A stretch of 64,000 nucleotides of DNA from Octopus sinensis (Eukaryota). Below the pieces are notes generated by a model. The model was not told the DNA's origin. It saw only the letters and a list, made by a program, of their open reading frames with translations, and did no database searches. The stretch spans positions 17,856,001-17,920,000 of the forward strand of contig NC_043007.1 of assembly GCF_006345805.1 (NCBI RefSeq), read 5' to 3'. Positions 1 to 13,531 of this stretch are shown here, in pieces (positions within the stretch are counted from its first letter, which is position 1; each line of letters starts with the position of its first letter). The translations under genes and the position numbers were made by a program.

Positions 1-10
1 ACAAATTTTA

Positions 11-75
11 CGCTAAGTGACGGGGACGTAAACACACCAGCATCGGTTGTCAAGCAATGCTAGGGGGACACACAA

Positions 76-151
<76 letters not shown>

Positions 152-314
152 CGACAGGCTTCTTTCAGTTTCCGTCTACCAAATCCACTCACAAGGCATT
201 GGTCGGCCGGGGCTATAGCAGAAGACACTTGCCCAAGATGCCACGCAGTAGGACTGAACCCGGAACCATGTGGTTGGTAAGCAAGCTACTTACCACACAG
301 CCACTCCTACGCCT
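11..314 (-). mobile_element. SINE-A (tRNA-derived, bipartite, internal microsatellite), tail truncated
   Basis: Reverse complement of the head GGCGCAGGAGTGGCTGTGTGGTAAG...GGTTCAGTCC seen in about 10 other copies here; internal (CA)n(TA)n. Confidence 0.9.
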
Positions 315-725
315 GTTTATTTATTTATTTTTTTTCGTTAACTTACTCTAAAGTTTCAGAGAGGAAATTCTCAACTGAAAATATTTTTCAAATTTGTGAA
401 TATGAAATAATGAACTCACAATAATTTAAATGACAAACTGAGAACCGCAGAGTTTATAAACAATTAAAAATTAAGCCAAGGATAGACATTGACAGAGTAA
501 ATGACGTCATGGATCAATGTCAGTGGGTGCACTGCATTGTAGAATAATGGAGAGGAAAAGACAAAGGAAAGTAACTGATTTTGTTAATTAAATCGACTCC
601 CACACAAGCACGTATTCTCTCTTCCCATTTCTTTCCCTTATTATGCTTAACGATATGTGTGTACGTGCATTCGGTTAAGCATAGCGATACTTATAAACCG
701 CTTATTCGAACTCAGTATACATATG

Positions 726-3700
726 CATAAGAAAGGTAGCTGTACTCTAAAAACCGTGTAGTTGGGATTACAGTTCCATCATAAGAAAGGTAGTTGTACT
801 CTAAATAACCGTGTAATTGGGATTACAGTTTTATCATAAGAAAGGTAGTTGTACTCTAAATAACCGTGTAATTGGGATTACAGTTTTATCATAAGAAAGG
901 TAACTGTACTCTAAAAACCGTGTAGTTGGGATTACAGTTCCATCATAAGAAAGGTAGTTGTACTCTCAATAACCGTGTAATTGGGATTACAGTTTTATCA
1001 TATGAAAGGTAACTGTACTCTAAAAACCGTGTAGTTGGGATTACAGTTCCATCATAAGAAAGGTAGTTGTACCCTCAATAACCGTGTAATTGGGATTACA
1101 GTTCCATCATAAGAAAGGTAGTTGTACTCTAAAAACCGTGTAGTTGGGATTACAGTTCCATCATAAGAAAGGTAGTTGTACTCTCAATAACCGTGTAATT
1201 GGGATTACAGTTCCATCATAAGAAAGGTAACTGTACTCTAAAGACCAAGTAGTTGGGATTACAGTTCCATCATAAGAAAGGTAGTTGTACTCTAAAAACC
1301 GTGTAGTTGGGATTACAGTTCCATCATAAGAAAGGTAGTTGTACTCTCAATAACCGTGTAATTGGGATTACAGTTCCATCATAAGAAAGGTAACTGTACT
1401 CTAAAAACCAAGTAGTTGGGATTACAGTTCCATCATAAGAAAGGTAGTTGTACTCTAAAAACCGTGTAGTTGGGATTACAGTTCCATCATAAGAAAGGTA
1501 GTTGTACTCTCAATAACCGTGTAATTGGGATTACAGTTCCATCATAAGAAAGGTAGTTGTACTCTAAAAACCGTGTAGTTGGGATTACAGTTCCATCATA
1601 AGAAAGGTAGTTGTACTCTCAATAACCGTGTAATTGGGATTACAGTTCCATCATAAGAAAGGTAACTGTACTCTAAAAACCAAGTAGTTGGGATTACAGT
1701 TCCATCATAAGAAAGGTAGTTGTACTCTAAAAACCGTGTAGTTGGGATTACAGTTCCATCATAAGAAAGGTAGTTGTACTCTCAATAACCGTGTAATTGG
1801 GATTACAGTTCCATCATAAGAAAGGTAACTGTACTCTAAAAACCGTGTAGTTGGGATTACAGTTCCATCATAAGAAAGGTAGTTGTACTCTCAATAACCG
1901 TGTAATTGGGATTACAGTTTTATCATAAGAAAGGTAGTTGTACTCTAAAAACCGTGTAGTTGGGATTACAGTTCCATCATAAGAAAGGTAGTTGTACTCT
2001 CAATAACCGTGTAATTGGGATTACAGTTTTATCATAAGAAAGTTAGTTGTACTCTAAAAACCCTGTAGTTGGGATTACAGTTCCATCATAAGAAAGGTTG
2101 TTGTACTCTGAATAACCGTGTAATTGGGATTACAGTTTTATCATAAGAAAGGTAGTTGTACTCTAAAAACCGTGTAGTTGGGATTACAGTTCCATCATAA
2201 GAAAGGTAGTTGTACTATAAATAACCGTGTAGTTGGGATTACAGTTTTATCATAGGAAAGGTAGTTGTACTCTAAAAACCGTGTAGTGGGATTACAGTTC
2301 CATCATAGAAAGGTAGTTGTACTCTAAATAACCGTGTAATTGGGATTACAGTTTTATCATAAGAAAGGTAGTTGTATTCTAAAAACCGTGTAGTTGGGAT
2401 TACAGTTCCATCATAAGAAAGGTAGTTGTACTCTAATAACCATGTAGTCGGGATTACAGTTTTATCATAAGAAAGGTAGTTGTACTATAAATAACCGTGT
2501 GTAGTTGGGATTACAGTTCCATCATAAGAAAGGTTGTTGTACTCTAAATAACCGTGTAATTGGGATTACAGTTCCATCATAAGAAAGGTAGTTGTACTCT
2601 AAATAACCGTGTAATTGGGATTACAGTTTTATCATAGGAAAGGTAGTTGTACTCTCAATAACCGTGTAGTTGGGATCACAGTTTTATCATAGGAAAGGTA
2701 GTTGTACTCTCAATAACCGTGTAGTTGGGATTACAGTTTTATCATAAGAAAGGTAGTTGTACTCTAAATAACCGTGTAATTGGGATTACAGTTTTATCAT
2801 AAGAAAGGTAGTTGTACTCTCAATAACCGTGTAGTTGGGATCACAGTTTTATCATAGGAAAGGTAGTTGTACTCTCAATAACCGTGTAGTTGGGATTACA
2901 GTTTTATCATAAGAAAGGTAGTTGTACTCTAACTAACCGTGTAGTTGGGATCACAGTTTTATCATAGGAAAGGTAGTTGTACTCTCAATAACCGTGTAGT
3001 TGGAATTACAGTTTTATCATAAGAAAGGTAGTTGTACTCTCAATAACCGTGTAGTTGGGATTACAGTTTTATCATAGGAAAGGTAGTTGTACTCTCAATA
3101 ACCGTGTAGTTGGGATCACAGTTTTATCATAGGAAAGGTAGTTGTACTCTCAATAACCGTGTAGTTGGGATTACAGTTCCATCATAAGAAAGGTAGTTGT
3201 ACTCTAAAACCGTGTTGTGTGGGATTACAGTTCCATCATAAGAAAGGTAGTTGTACTCTCAATAACCGTGTAATTGGGATTACAGTTCCATCATAAGAAA
3301 GGTAACTGTACTCTAAAAACCAAGTAGTTGGGATTACAGTTCCATCATAAGAAAGTAGTTGTACTCTAAAACCGTGTAGTTGGGATTACAGTTCCATCAT
3401 AAGAAAGGTAGTTGTACTCTCAATAACCGTGTAATTGGGATTACAGTTCCATCATAAGAAAGGTAACTGTACTCTAAAAACCGTGTAGTTGGGATTACAG
3501 TTCATCATAAGAAAGGTGTTGTTGTACTCTCAATAACCGTGTAATTGGGATTACAGTTTTATCATAAGAAAGGTAGTTGTACTCTAAAAACCGTGTAGTT
3601 GGGATTACAGTTCCATCATAAGAAGGTTTTGTACTCTCAATAACGTGTAATTGGGATTACAGTTTTATCATAAGAAAGTTAGTTGTACTCTAAAAACCCT

Positions 3701-6700
3701 GTAGTTGGGATTACAGTTCCATCATAAGAAAGGTTGTTGTACTCTGAATAACCGTGTAATGGGATTACAGTTTTATCATAGAAAGGTAGTTGTACTCTAA
3801 AAACCGTGTAGTTGGGATTACAGTTCCATCATAAGAAAGGTAGTTGTACTATAAATAACCGTGTAGTTGGGATTACAGTTTTATCATAGGAAAGGTAGTT
3901 GTACTCTAAAAACCGTGTAGTTGGGATTACAGTTCCATCATAGAAAGGTAGTTGTACTCTAAATAACCGTGTAATTGGGATTACAGTTTTATCATAAGAG
4001 GTAGGTGTTGTATTTAAAAACCGTGTAGTTGGGATTACAGTTCCATCATAAGAAAGGTAGTTGTACTCTAATACCATGTAGTCGGGATTACAGTTTTATC
4101 ATAAGAAAGGTAGTTGTACTATAAATAACCGTGTAGTTGGGATTACAGTTCCATCATAAGAAAGGTTGTTGTACTCTAAAAACGTGTAATTGGGATTACA
4201 GTTCCATCATAAGAAAGGTAGTTGTACTCTAAATAACGTGTAATTGGGATTACAGTTTTATCATAGGAAAGGTAGTTGTACTCTCAATAACCGTGTAGTT
4301 GGGATCACAGTTTTATCATAGGAAAGGTAGTTGTACTCTCATAACCGTGTAGTTGGGATTACAGTTTTATCATAAGAAGGTAGTTGTACTCTAAATAACC
4401 GTGTAATTGGGATTACAGTTTATCATAAGAAAGGTAGTTGTACTCTCAATAACCGTGTAGTGGGATCACAGTTTTATCATAGGAAAGGTAGTTGTACTCT
4501 CAATAACCGTGTAGTGGGATTACAGTTTTATCATAAGAAAGGTAGTTGTACTCTAACTAACCGTGTAGTTGGGATCACAGTTTTATCATAGGAAAGGTAG
4601 TTGTACTCTCATAACCGTGTAGTTGGAATTACAGTTTTATCATAGAAAGGTAGTTGTACTCTCAATAACCGTGTAGTTGGGATTACAGTTTTATCATAGG
4701 AAAGGTAGTTGTACTCTCAATAACCGTGTAGTTGGGATCACAGGTTTTATCATAGGAAAGGTAGTTGTACTCTCTCAATAACCGTGTAGTTGGGATTACA
4801 GTTCCATCATAAGAAAGTAGTTGTACTCTAAATAACGTGTAGTTGGGATTACAGTTCCATCATAAGAAAGGTAGTTGTACTCTATAACCGTGTAATTGGG
4901 ATTACAGTTTTATCATAGGAAAGGTAGTTGCACTCTAAATACCGTGTAATTGGGATTACAGTTTTATCATAAGAAAGGTAGTTGTACTCTCAATAACCGT
5001 GTAATTGGGATTACAGTTTATCATAAGAAAGGTAACTGTACTCTAAAAACTGTGTAGTTGGATTACAGTTCCATCATAAGAAAGGTAGTGGTACCCTCAA
5101 TAACCGTGTAATTTGGATTACAGTTTTATCATAAGAAAGGTAACTGTACTCTAAAAACCGTGTAGTTGGGATTACAGTTCCATCATAAGAAAGGTAGTTG
5201 TACCCTCAATAACCGTGTAATTGGGATTACAGTTCCATCATAAGAAAGGTAACTGTACTCTAAAAACCAAGTAGTTGGGATTACAGTTCCATCATAAGAA
5301 AGGTAGTTGTACTCTAAAAACCGTGTAGTTGGGATTACAGTTCCATCATAGAAAGGGTGTTGTACTCTCAATAACCGTGTAATTGGGATTACAGCCATCA
5401 TAAGAAAGGTAGTTGTACTCTAAAAACCGTGTAGTTGGGATTACAGTTCCATCATAAGAAAGGTAGTTGTACTCTCAATAACCGTGTAATTGGGATTACA
5501 GTTCCATCATAAGAAAGGTAACTGTACTCTAAAAACCAAGTAGTTGGGATTACAGTTCCATCATAAGAAAGGTAGTTGTACTCTAAAAACCGTGTAGTTG
5601 GGATTACAGTTCCATCATAGAAAGGTAGTTGTACTCTCAATACCAAGTAATGTAATTGGGATTACAGTTCCATCATAAGAAAGGTAACTGTACTCTAAAA
5701 ACCGTGTAGTTGGGATTACAGTTCCATCATAAGAAAGGTTGTTGTACTCTGAATAACCGTGTAATTGGGATTACAGTTTTATCATAAGAAAGGTAGTTGT
5801 ACTCTAAAAACCGTGTAGTTGGGATTACAGTTCCATCATAAGAAAGGTAGTTGTACTATAAATAACCGTGTAGTTGGGATTACAGTTTTATCATAGGAAA
5901 GGTAGTTGTACTCTAAAAACCGTGTAGTTGGGATTACAGTTCCATCATAAGAAAGGTAGTTGTACTCTAAATAACCGTGTAATTGGGATTACAGTTTTAT
6001 CATAAGAAAGGTAGTTGTATTCTAAAAACCGTGTAGTTGGGATTACAGTTCCATCATAAGAAAGGTAGTTGTACTCTAAATAACCATGTAGTCGGGATTA
6101 CAGTTTTATCATAAGAAAGGTAGTTGTACTATAAATAACCGTGTAGTTGGGATTACAGTTCCATCATAAGAAAGGTTGTTGTACTCTAAATAACCGTGTA
6201 ATTGGGATTACAGTTTTATCATAAGAAAGGTAGTTGTATTCTAAAAACCGTGTAGTTGGGATTACAGTTCCATCATAAGAAAGGTAGTTGTACTCTAAAT
6301 AACCATGTAGTCGGGATTACAGTTTTATCATAAGAAAGGTAGTTGTACTATAAATAACCGTGTAGTTGGGATTACAGTTCCATCATAAGAAAGGTTGTTG
6401 TACTCTAAATAACCGTGTAATTGGGATTACAGTTTTATCATAAGAAAGGTAGTTGTATTCTAAAAACCGTGTAGTTGGGATTACAGTTCCATCATAAGAA
6501 AGGTAGTTGTACTCTAAATAACCGTGTAATTGGGATTACAGTTTTATCATAAGAAAGGTAGTTGTACTCTAAAAACCGTGTAGTTGGGATTACGGTTCCA
6601 TCATAAGAAAGGTAGTTGTACTATAAATAACCGTGTAATTGGGATTACAGTTCCATCATAAGAAAGGTAGTTGTACTCTAAAAACCGTGTAGTTGGGATT

Positions 6701-9700
6701 ACAGTTCCATCATAAGAAAGGTAGTTCTACTCTAAATAACCGTGTAATTGGGATTACAGTTTTATCATAAGAAAGGTAGTTGTACTCTCAATAACCGTGT
6801 AATTGGGATCACAGTTTTATCATAGGAAAGGTAGTTGTACTTTCAATAACCGTGTAGTTGGGATCACAGTTTTATCATAAGAAAGGTAGTTGTACTCTAA
6901 AACCGTGTAGTTGGGATTACAGTTTTATCATAAGAAAGGTAATTGTACTATAAATAACCGTGTAGTTGGGATTACAGTTTTTCATAGGAAAGGTAGTTGT
7001 ACTCTCAATAACCGTGTAGTTGGGATCACAGTTTTATCATAGGAAAGGTAGTTGTACTCTCAATAACCGTGTAGTTGGGATTACAGTTCCATCATAAGAA
7101 AGGTATTTGTACTCTCAATAACCGTGTAGTTGGGATTACAGTTCCATCAAAAGAAAGGTAGTTGTACTCTAAATAACCGTGTAATTGGGATTACAGTTTT
7201 ATCATAGGAAAGGTAGTTGTACTCTCAATAACCGTGTAGTTGGGATCACAGTTTTATCATAGGAAAGGTAGTTGTACTCTCAATAACCGTGTAGTTGGGA
7301 TTGCAGTTCCATCATAAGAAAGGTATTTGTACTCTCAATAACCGTGTAGTTGGGATTACAGTTTTATCATAAGAAAGGTAACTGTACTCTAAAAACCGTG
7401 TAGTTGGGATTACAGTTCCATCATAAGAAAGGTAGTTGTACCCTCAATAACCGTGTAATTTGGATTACAGTTTTATCATAAGAAAGGTAACTGTACTCTA
7501 AAAACCGTGTAGTTGGGATTACAGTTCCATCATAAGAAAGGTAGTTGTACCCTCAATAACCGTGTAATTGGGATTACAGTTTTATCATAAGAAAGGTAGT
7601 TGTACTCTAAAAACCGTGTAGTTGGGATTACAGTTCCATCATAAGAAAGGTAGTTGTACTCTCAATAACCGTGTAATTGGGATTACAGTTCCATCATAAG
7701 AAAGGTAGTTGTACTCTCAATAACCGTGTAGTTGGGATTACAGTTTTATCATAAGAAAGGTAGTTGTACTCTAAATAACCGTGTAGTTGGGATTACAGTT
7801 TTATCATAAGAAAGGTAGTTGTACTCTCAATAACCGTGTAATTGGGATTACAGTTCCATCATAAGAAAGGTAGTTGTACTCTAAAAACCGTGTAGTTGGG
7901 ATTACAGTTCCATCATAAGAAAGGTAGTTGTACTCTCAATAACCGTGTAATTGGGATTACAGTTCCATCATAAGAAAGGTAGTTGTACTCTCAATAACCG
8001 TGTAGTTGGGATTACAGTTCCATCATAAGAAAGGTAGTTGTACTCTAAATAACCGTGTAGTTGGGATTACAGTTTTATCATAAGAAAGGTAGTTGTACTC
8101 TCAATAACCGTGTAATTGGGATTACAGTTCCATCATAAGAAAGGTAGTTGTACTCTAAAAACCGTGTAGTTGGGATTACAGTTCCATCATAAGAAAGGTA
8201 GTTGTACTCTCAATAACCGTGTAATTGGGATTACAGTTTTATCATAAGAAAGGTAACTGTACTCTAAAAACCAAGTAGTTGGGATTACAGTTCCATCATA
8301 AGAAAGGTAGTTGTACTCTAAAAACCGTGTAGTTGGGATTACAGTTCCATCATAAGAAAGGTAGTTCTACACTAAATAACCGTGTAATTGGGATTACAGT
8401 TTTATCATAAGAAAGGTAGTTGTACTCTCAATAACCGTGTAATTGGGATCACAGTTTTATCATAGGAAAGGTAGTTGTACTCTCAATAACCGTGTAGTTG
8501 GGATCACAGTTTTATCATAAGAAAGGTAGTTGTACTCTAAAAACCGTGTAGTTGGGATTACAGTTTTATCATAAGAAAGGTAATTGTACTATAAATAACC
8601 GTGTAGTTGGGATTACAGTTTTATCATAGGAAAGGTAGTTGTACTCTCAATAACCGTGTAGTTGGGATCACAGTTTTATCATAGGAAAGGTAGTTGTACT
8701 CTCAATAACCGTGTAGTTGGGATTACAGTTCCATCATAAGAAAGGTATTTGTACTCTCAATAACCGTGTAGTTGGGATTACAGTTCCATCATAAGGTAGT
8801 TGTACTCTAAATAACCGTGTAATTGGGATTACAGTTTTATCATAGGAAAGGTAGTTGTACTCTCAATAACCGTGTAGTTGGGATTACAGTTTTATCATAG
8901 GAAAGGTAGTTGTACTCTCAATAACCGTGTAGTTGGGATTACAGTTTTATCATAGGAAAGGTAGTTGTACTCTCAATAACCGTGTAGTTGGGATCACAGT
9001 TTTATCATAGGAAAGGTAGTTGTACTCTCAATAACAGTGTAGTTGGGATTACAGTTCCATCATAAGAAAGGTAGTTGTACTCTAAATAACCGTGTAGTTG
9101 GGATTACAGTTCCATCATAAGAAAGGTAGTTGTACTCTAAAAACCGTGTAGTTGGGATTACAGTTCCATCATAAGAAAGGTTGTTGTACTCTAAAAACCG
9201 TGTAGTTGGGATTACAGTTTTATCATAGGAAGGTAGTTGTACTCTAAAAACCGTGTAGTTGGGATCACAGTTTTATCATAGAAAGGTAGTTGTACTCTCA
9301 ATAACCGTGTAGTGGGATCACAGTTTTATCATAGGAAGGTAGTTGTACTCTCAATAACCGTGTAGTTGGATTACAGTTTTATCATAGGAAGGTAGTTGTA
9401 CTCTAAAAACCGTGTAGTTGGGATCACAGTTTTATCATAGGAAGGTAGTTGTACTCTAAAAACCGTGTAGTTGGGATTACAGTTTTATCATAAGAAAGGT
9501 AATTGTACTATAAATAACCGTGTAGTTGGATTACAGTTCCATCATAAGAAAGGTAGTTGTACTCTAAATAACCGTGTAGTTGGATTACAGTTTTATCATA
9601 GAAAGGTAGTTGTACTCTAAAAACCGTGTAGTTGGGATTACAGTTTTATCATAGGAAGGTAGTTGTACTCTAAAAACCGTGTAGTTGGGATCACAGTTTT

Positions 9701-10351
9701 ATCATAGGAAAGGTAGTTGTACTCTAAAAACCGTGTAGTTGGGATTACAGTTCCATCATAAGAAAGGTATTTGTACTCTCAATAACCGTGTAGTTGGGAT
9801 CACAGTTTTATCATAAGAAAGGTAGTTGTACTCTAAAAACCGTGTAGTTGGGATTACAGTTCCATCATAAGAAAGGTATTTGTACTCTCAATAACCGTGT
9901 AGTTGGATTACAGTTTTATCATAAGAAAGGTATTTGTACTCTCAATAACCGTGTAGTTGGGATCACAGTTTTATCATAAGAAAGGTAGTTGTACTCTAAA
10001 AACCGTGTAGTTGGGATTACAGTTTTATCATAGAAAGGTAGTTGTACTCTCAATACCGTGTAGTTGGGATTACAGTTCCATCATAAGGTAGTTGTACTCT
10101 CAATAACCGTGTAGTGGGATTACAGTTCCATCATAAGAAAGGTAGTTGTACTCTCAATAACAGTGTAGTTGGGATTACAGTTCCATCATAAGAAAGGTAT
10201 TTGTACTCTCAATAACAGTGTAGTTGGGATTACAGTTTTATCATAGGAAGGTAGTTGTACTCTCAATACCGTGTAGTTGGGATTACAGTTCCATCATAAG
10301 GTAGTTGTACTCTAAAAACCGTGTAGTTGGAATTACAGTTTTATCATAGGA
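726..10351. repeat. Satellite array, 54/55-bp monomer, about 175 copies
   Basis: Head-to-tail AAAGGTAGTTGTACTCT(AAAA/CAATA)ACCGTGTA(G/A)TTGGGATTACAGTT(CC/TT)ATCATAAG; spacing measured as 55,55,54 at 781/836/891/945; no unique spacers. Confidence 0.98.
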
Positions 10352-10804
10352 TAAAATTTAATATCGATCTTCGGTGTCCAGAAAGTGCTTTAATGGTCAT
10401 CAGTCCGATAAAAGCTTACATCCGTGGAAATTGACTTTAATTTTAATACTATTAATAATACTCAACAAGTGGAAAACACATGGGCCTGTCCCTAAAGTGA
10501 GGAAATATATGATACTGTGGAACAATGTTTCGTGTTTTTGTTTTTCTAAACTGTTATGAAGTGGTTTAAGGAAGATTTGGCATCTGTTTCTAGTAGATCG
10601 AGAAATCACGTAAAAGTTTCGTCTACGTGGTGTCCGTTCCCATACAGACGCACTTGTGCGACTTCTTGTATGCAGGGAATGGAAGTTTCCTATTGGCTAA
10701 AATTACGTAATTGTACATGTTTGTAACGTTTGTATTATTAATTCCTAGAAAACAAATGTGATTTTCACCAACATGCAAAATTACATCAATGTACTTATCC
10801 CCTC

Positions 10805-10828
10805 TCTATCTATCTATCTATCTATCTA

Positions 10829-10908
<80 letters not shown>
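10805..10908. repeat. (TCTA)n(TCTG)n compound microsatellite
   Basis: Direct reading. Confidence 0.95.
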
Positions 10909-10946
10909 ATTCTCGGGAAAAACGAAGAGAACTGTTAAACACGTTC

Positions 10947-11332
10947 GGATCTTTTCGGTTTGAACGGCAGTTTTTAACATAATTTCTAAGTAACTAAAAA
11001 ATTTTAAACTTCGTATACTGGTAGAATGTGTTTATAAAACATCTTTTTCTCTTGGCTTTCTTCAGAAAATTCTATAGTTTGTAAGATATTTGTTGTTTTT
11101 TTCTTCAATTTCTGCAATTTCAACCAATCAATGACCGTCTATTGAGGTAAACAACATTCTGTGTTTATTCATTGGGTTTATTTACATTTGTGAAGAAAAA
11201 AAGATACCCTTCCCCCCATCCCTAACCCTAAAATAGATTGAAATGCAATAGATCGATACTAGGGTCATAATTATGGGTGACAATTTCATATGACACCGCT
11301 AGAAAAAACTGCCGTTCAAACAGAAAAGATCC
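10947..11332. mobile_element. MITE with ~30-bp TIRs (GGATCTTTTCGGTTTGAACGGCAGTTTTT) and 8-bp TSD
   Basis: TIRs at both ends; ACACGTTC duplicated at 10939-10946 and 11333-11340; further copies at 46972, ~49500 and 52841. Confidence 0.93.
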
Positions 11333-11401
11333 ACACGTTCCAGTATTGGAACTATATGGAGATTTTAGAGTAAGTTAACGAAAAAAAAAATAAAAATAAA
11401 C

Positions 11402-11809
11402 AGGCGCAGGAGTGGCTGTGTGGTAAGTAGCTTGTTTACGAACCATATGGTTCCGGGTTCAGTCCCACTGCGTGGCATCTTGGGCAAGTGTCTTCTGCTA
11501 TAGCCCCAGGCCGACCAATGCCTTGTGAGTGGATTTGGTAGACGGAAACTGAAAGAAGCCCGTCGTATATATGTATATATATATGTGTGTGTGTGTGTTT
11601 GTGTGTCTGTGTTTGTCCCCCTAGCATTGCTTGACAACCGATGCTGGTGTGTTTACGTCCCCGTCACACTAGCGGTTCGGCAAAAGAGACCGATAGAATA
11701 AGTACTGGGCTTACAAAGAATAAGTATCGGGGTCGATTTGCTCGACTAAAGGCGGTGCTCCAGCATGGCCGCAGTCAAATGACTGAAACAAGTAAAAGAG
11801 TAAAAGAGT
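11402..11809 (+). mobile_element. SINE-A full length
   Basis: A-box-like TGGCTGTGTGG, B-box-like GGTTCAGTCCC, central (TA)(TG) tract, tail GGCGGTGCTCCAGCATGGCCGC...(TAAAAGAG)n. Confidence 0.93.
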
Positions 11810-11858
11810 AATCCATGAGTTAAAGAGATAAGGGTGAGTGGGGCGGTATAAGAAAGAT

Positions 11859-12244
11859 GTGGAGGCGCAATGGCCCAGTGGTTAGGGCAGCGGACTCGCG
11901 GTCATAGGATCGCGGTTTCGATTCCCAGATCGGGCGTTGTGAGTGTTTATTGAGCGAAAACACCTAAAGCTCCACGAGGCTCCGGCAGGGGATGGTGGTG
12001 ATCCCTGCTGTACTCTTTCACCACAACTTTCTCTCACTCTTACTTCCTGTTTCTGTTGTACCTGTATTTCAAAGGGCCGGCCTTGTCACTCTCTGTGTCA
12101 CGCTGAATATCCCCGAGAACTGCGTTAAGGGTACACATGTCTATGGAGTGCTCAGCCACTTGCACGTTAATTTCACGAGCAGGCTGTTCCGTTGATTCGG
12201 ATCAACCGGAACCCTCGTCGTCGTAACCGATGGAGTGCTTCCAC
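11859..12244 (+). mobile_element. SINE-C1 (tRNA-Arg-like head)
   Basis: Head GTGGAGGCGCAATGGCCCAGTGG...GACTCGCGGTCA...GGTTTCGATTCC; 11-bp TSD ATAAGAAAGAT (11848-11858, 12245-12255). Confidence 0.93.
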
Positions 12245-12374
12245 ATAAGAAAGATATAAAATATATCCAAAAAGTAGGATGTGATCGATCGGAGGATGAG
12301 AGAGGATAAGAGGAAGAAGAGAGGACGGACAAGCGATCTATTGTGAAAGTAGGAAGTTGAGTGACAAGTAAAGG

Positions 12375-12448
<74 letters not shown>

Positions 12449-13105
12449 AGGACGGGAGTCAAAGGTCATAATATGAAAGAAGCGAATAAAACAGGTGACA
12501 TGATTTAGGTCAAAATTGGAGAAATTTGTGTAAATTCATTCAGAGAAATGAAGTAGAAAAATGTGTTGGTTACATGGATGTGACATGAAAATTCTTCTTA
12601 TTCAGAAGATCAACATTTGATTATCATTCACACACGGTGGCGTGTGAACAATATTCTTAAAATCAAACATTTACTCGCGACAACTTCTAGGCTTTGTTAC
12701 TAATTCAGGTCTTAACCAAATTAGATGGTATTTACATTTTACATTTTTAGATTGGTCACGTTATAATTTACATTTCGTGCTAGATAATTTTAAAATTGGT
12801 TCGGTAGGAAAAAAAAAGTTTGAGTCAAACACGTGAGATCTCAAACGGGAGAATAACGCCTGAAATCGACTTTGAGTCCAAATATTTTTTTTAAAAATCG
12901 ATATTTCATTTTAGCTTATATGATAGATCTCGGCGACAGGAATCTATCCATGTTAAAAAAAATTAAAATAAAAAACTATTGGGGCCAAGTGTGTGTGTGT
13001 TATATAATATATATATATATAATATATATATATATAATATATATATATATTAATATATATATATATATATATATACAATATATATATATTATATAAAGGG
13101 GTAAG

Positions 13106-13441
13106 ACTCCCTTCGGTCATGAATGACCATGGGATTGCACCTACAAGTTACCCTCCTAGACACAAGTCCGGGCAAGGTTGTTTATGGAAGGCCAGCAGTT
13201 GCCCATGCATACCAGCCTCCCCTCTCCATCCACGCACCAGTGTTATCCAATGGAAAGGCAAAGGGGCCGATACAGCTTTGCACCTGCGACGTCACAACTC
13301 ATTTCTACAGCTGAGTGAACTGGAGCAATGTGAAATAAAGTGCCTTGCTCAAGAACACAACACGCAGCCCGGTCCGGGATTCGAGCTCACAATCTCACGA
13401 TCGTAAGCTCGACGCTCTAACCACTGAGCCATGCGCCTTCA
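13106..13441 (-). mobile_element. SINE-D (tRNA head plus conserved central domain)
   Basis: Minus strand reads GAAGGCGCATGGCTCAGTGG...GAGCTCGAATCCC...CTTGAGCAAGGCACTTT...CAGCTGTAGAAATGAG; second copy at 61311. Confidence 0.85.
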
Positions 13442-13478
13442 TATATATATAATATATATAATATATATATATATATAT

Positions 13479-13524
<46 letters not shown>

Positions 13525-13531
<7 letters not shown>

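Noticed and set aside
726-10351. CRISPR-like regular repeats; short ORFs in the array
   Set aside because: Monomers are contiguous with no unique spacers, no cas genes are present and the context is eukaryotic; the ORFs are translated repeat units.
11215-11235. Telomeric (TTAGGG)n relic (also ~47067-47090, ~49585, ~53140)
   Set aside because: Only 2-3 imperfect units and always inside the GGATC MITE body.
11859-11935. tRNA-Arg gene (also the heads of SINE-A, -B and -D)
   Set aside because: The tRNA-like head continues into a conserved SINE body and tail bounded by TSDs; no complete cloverleaf was evident.
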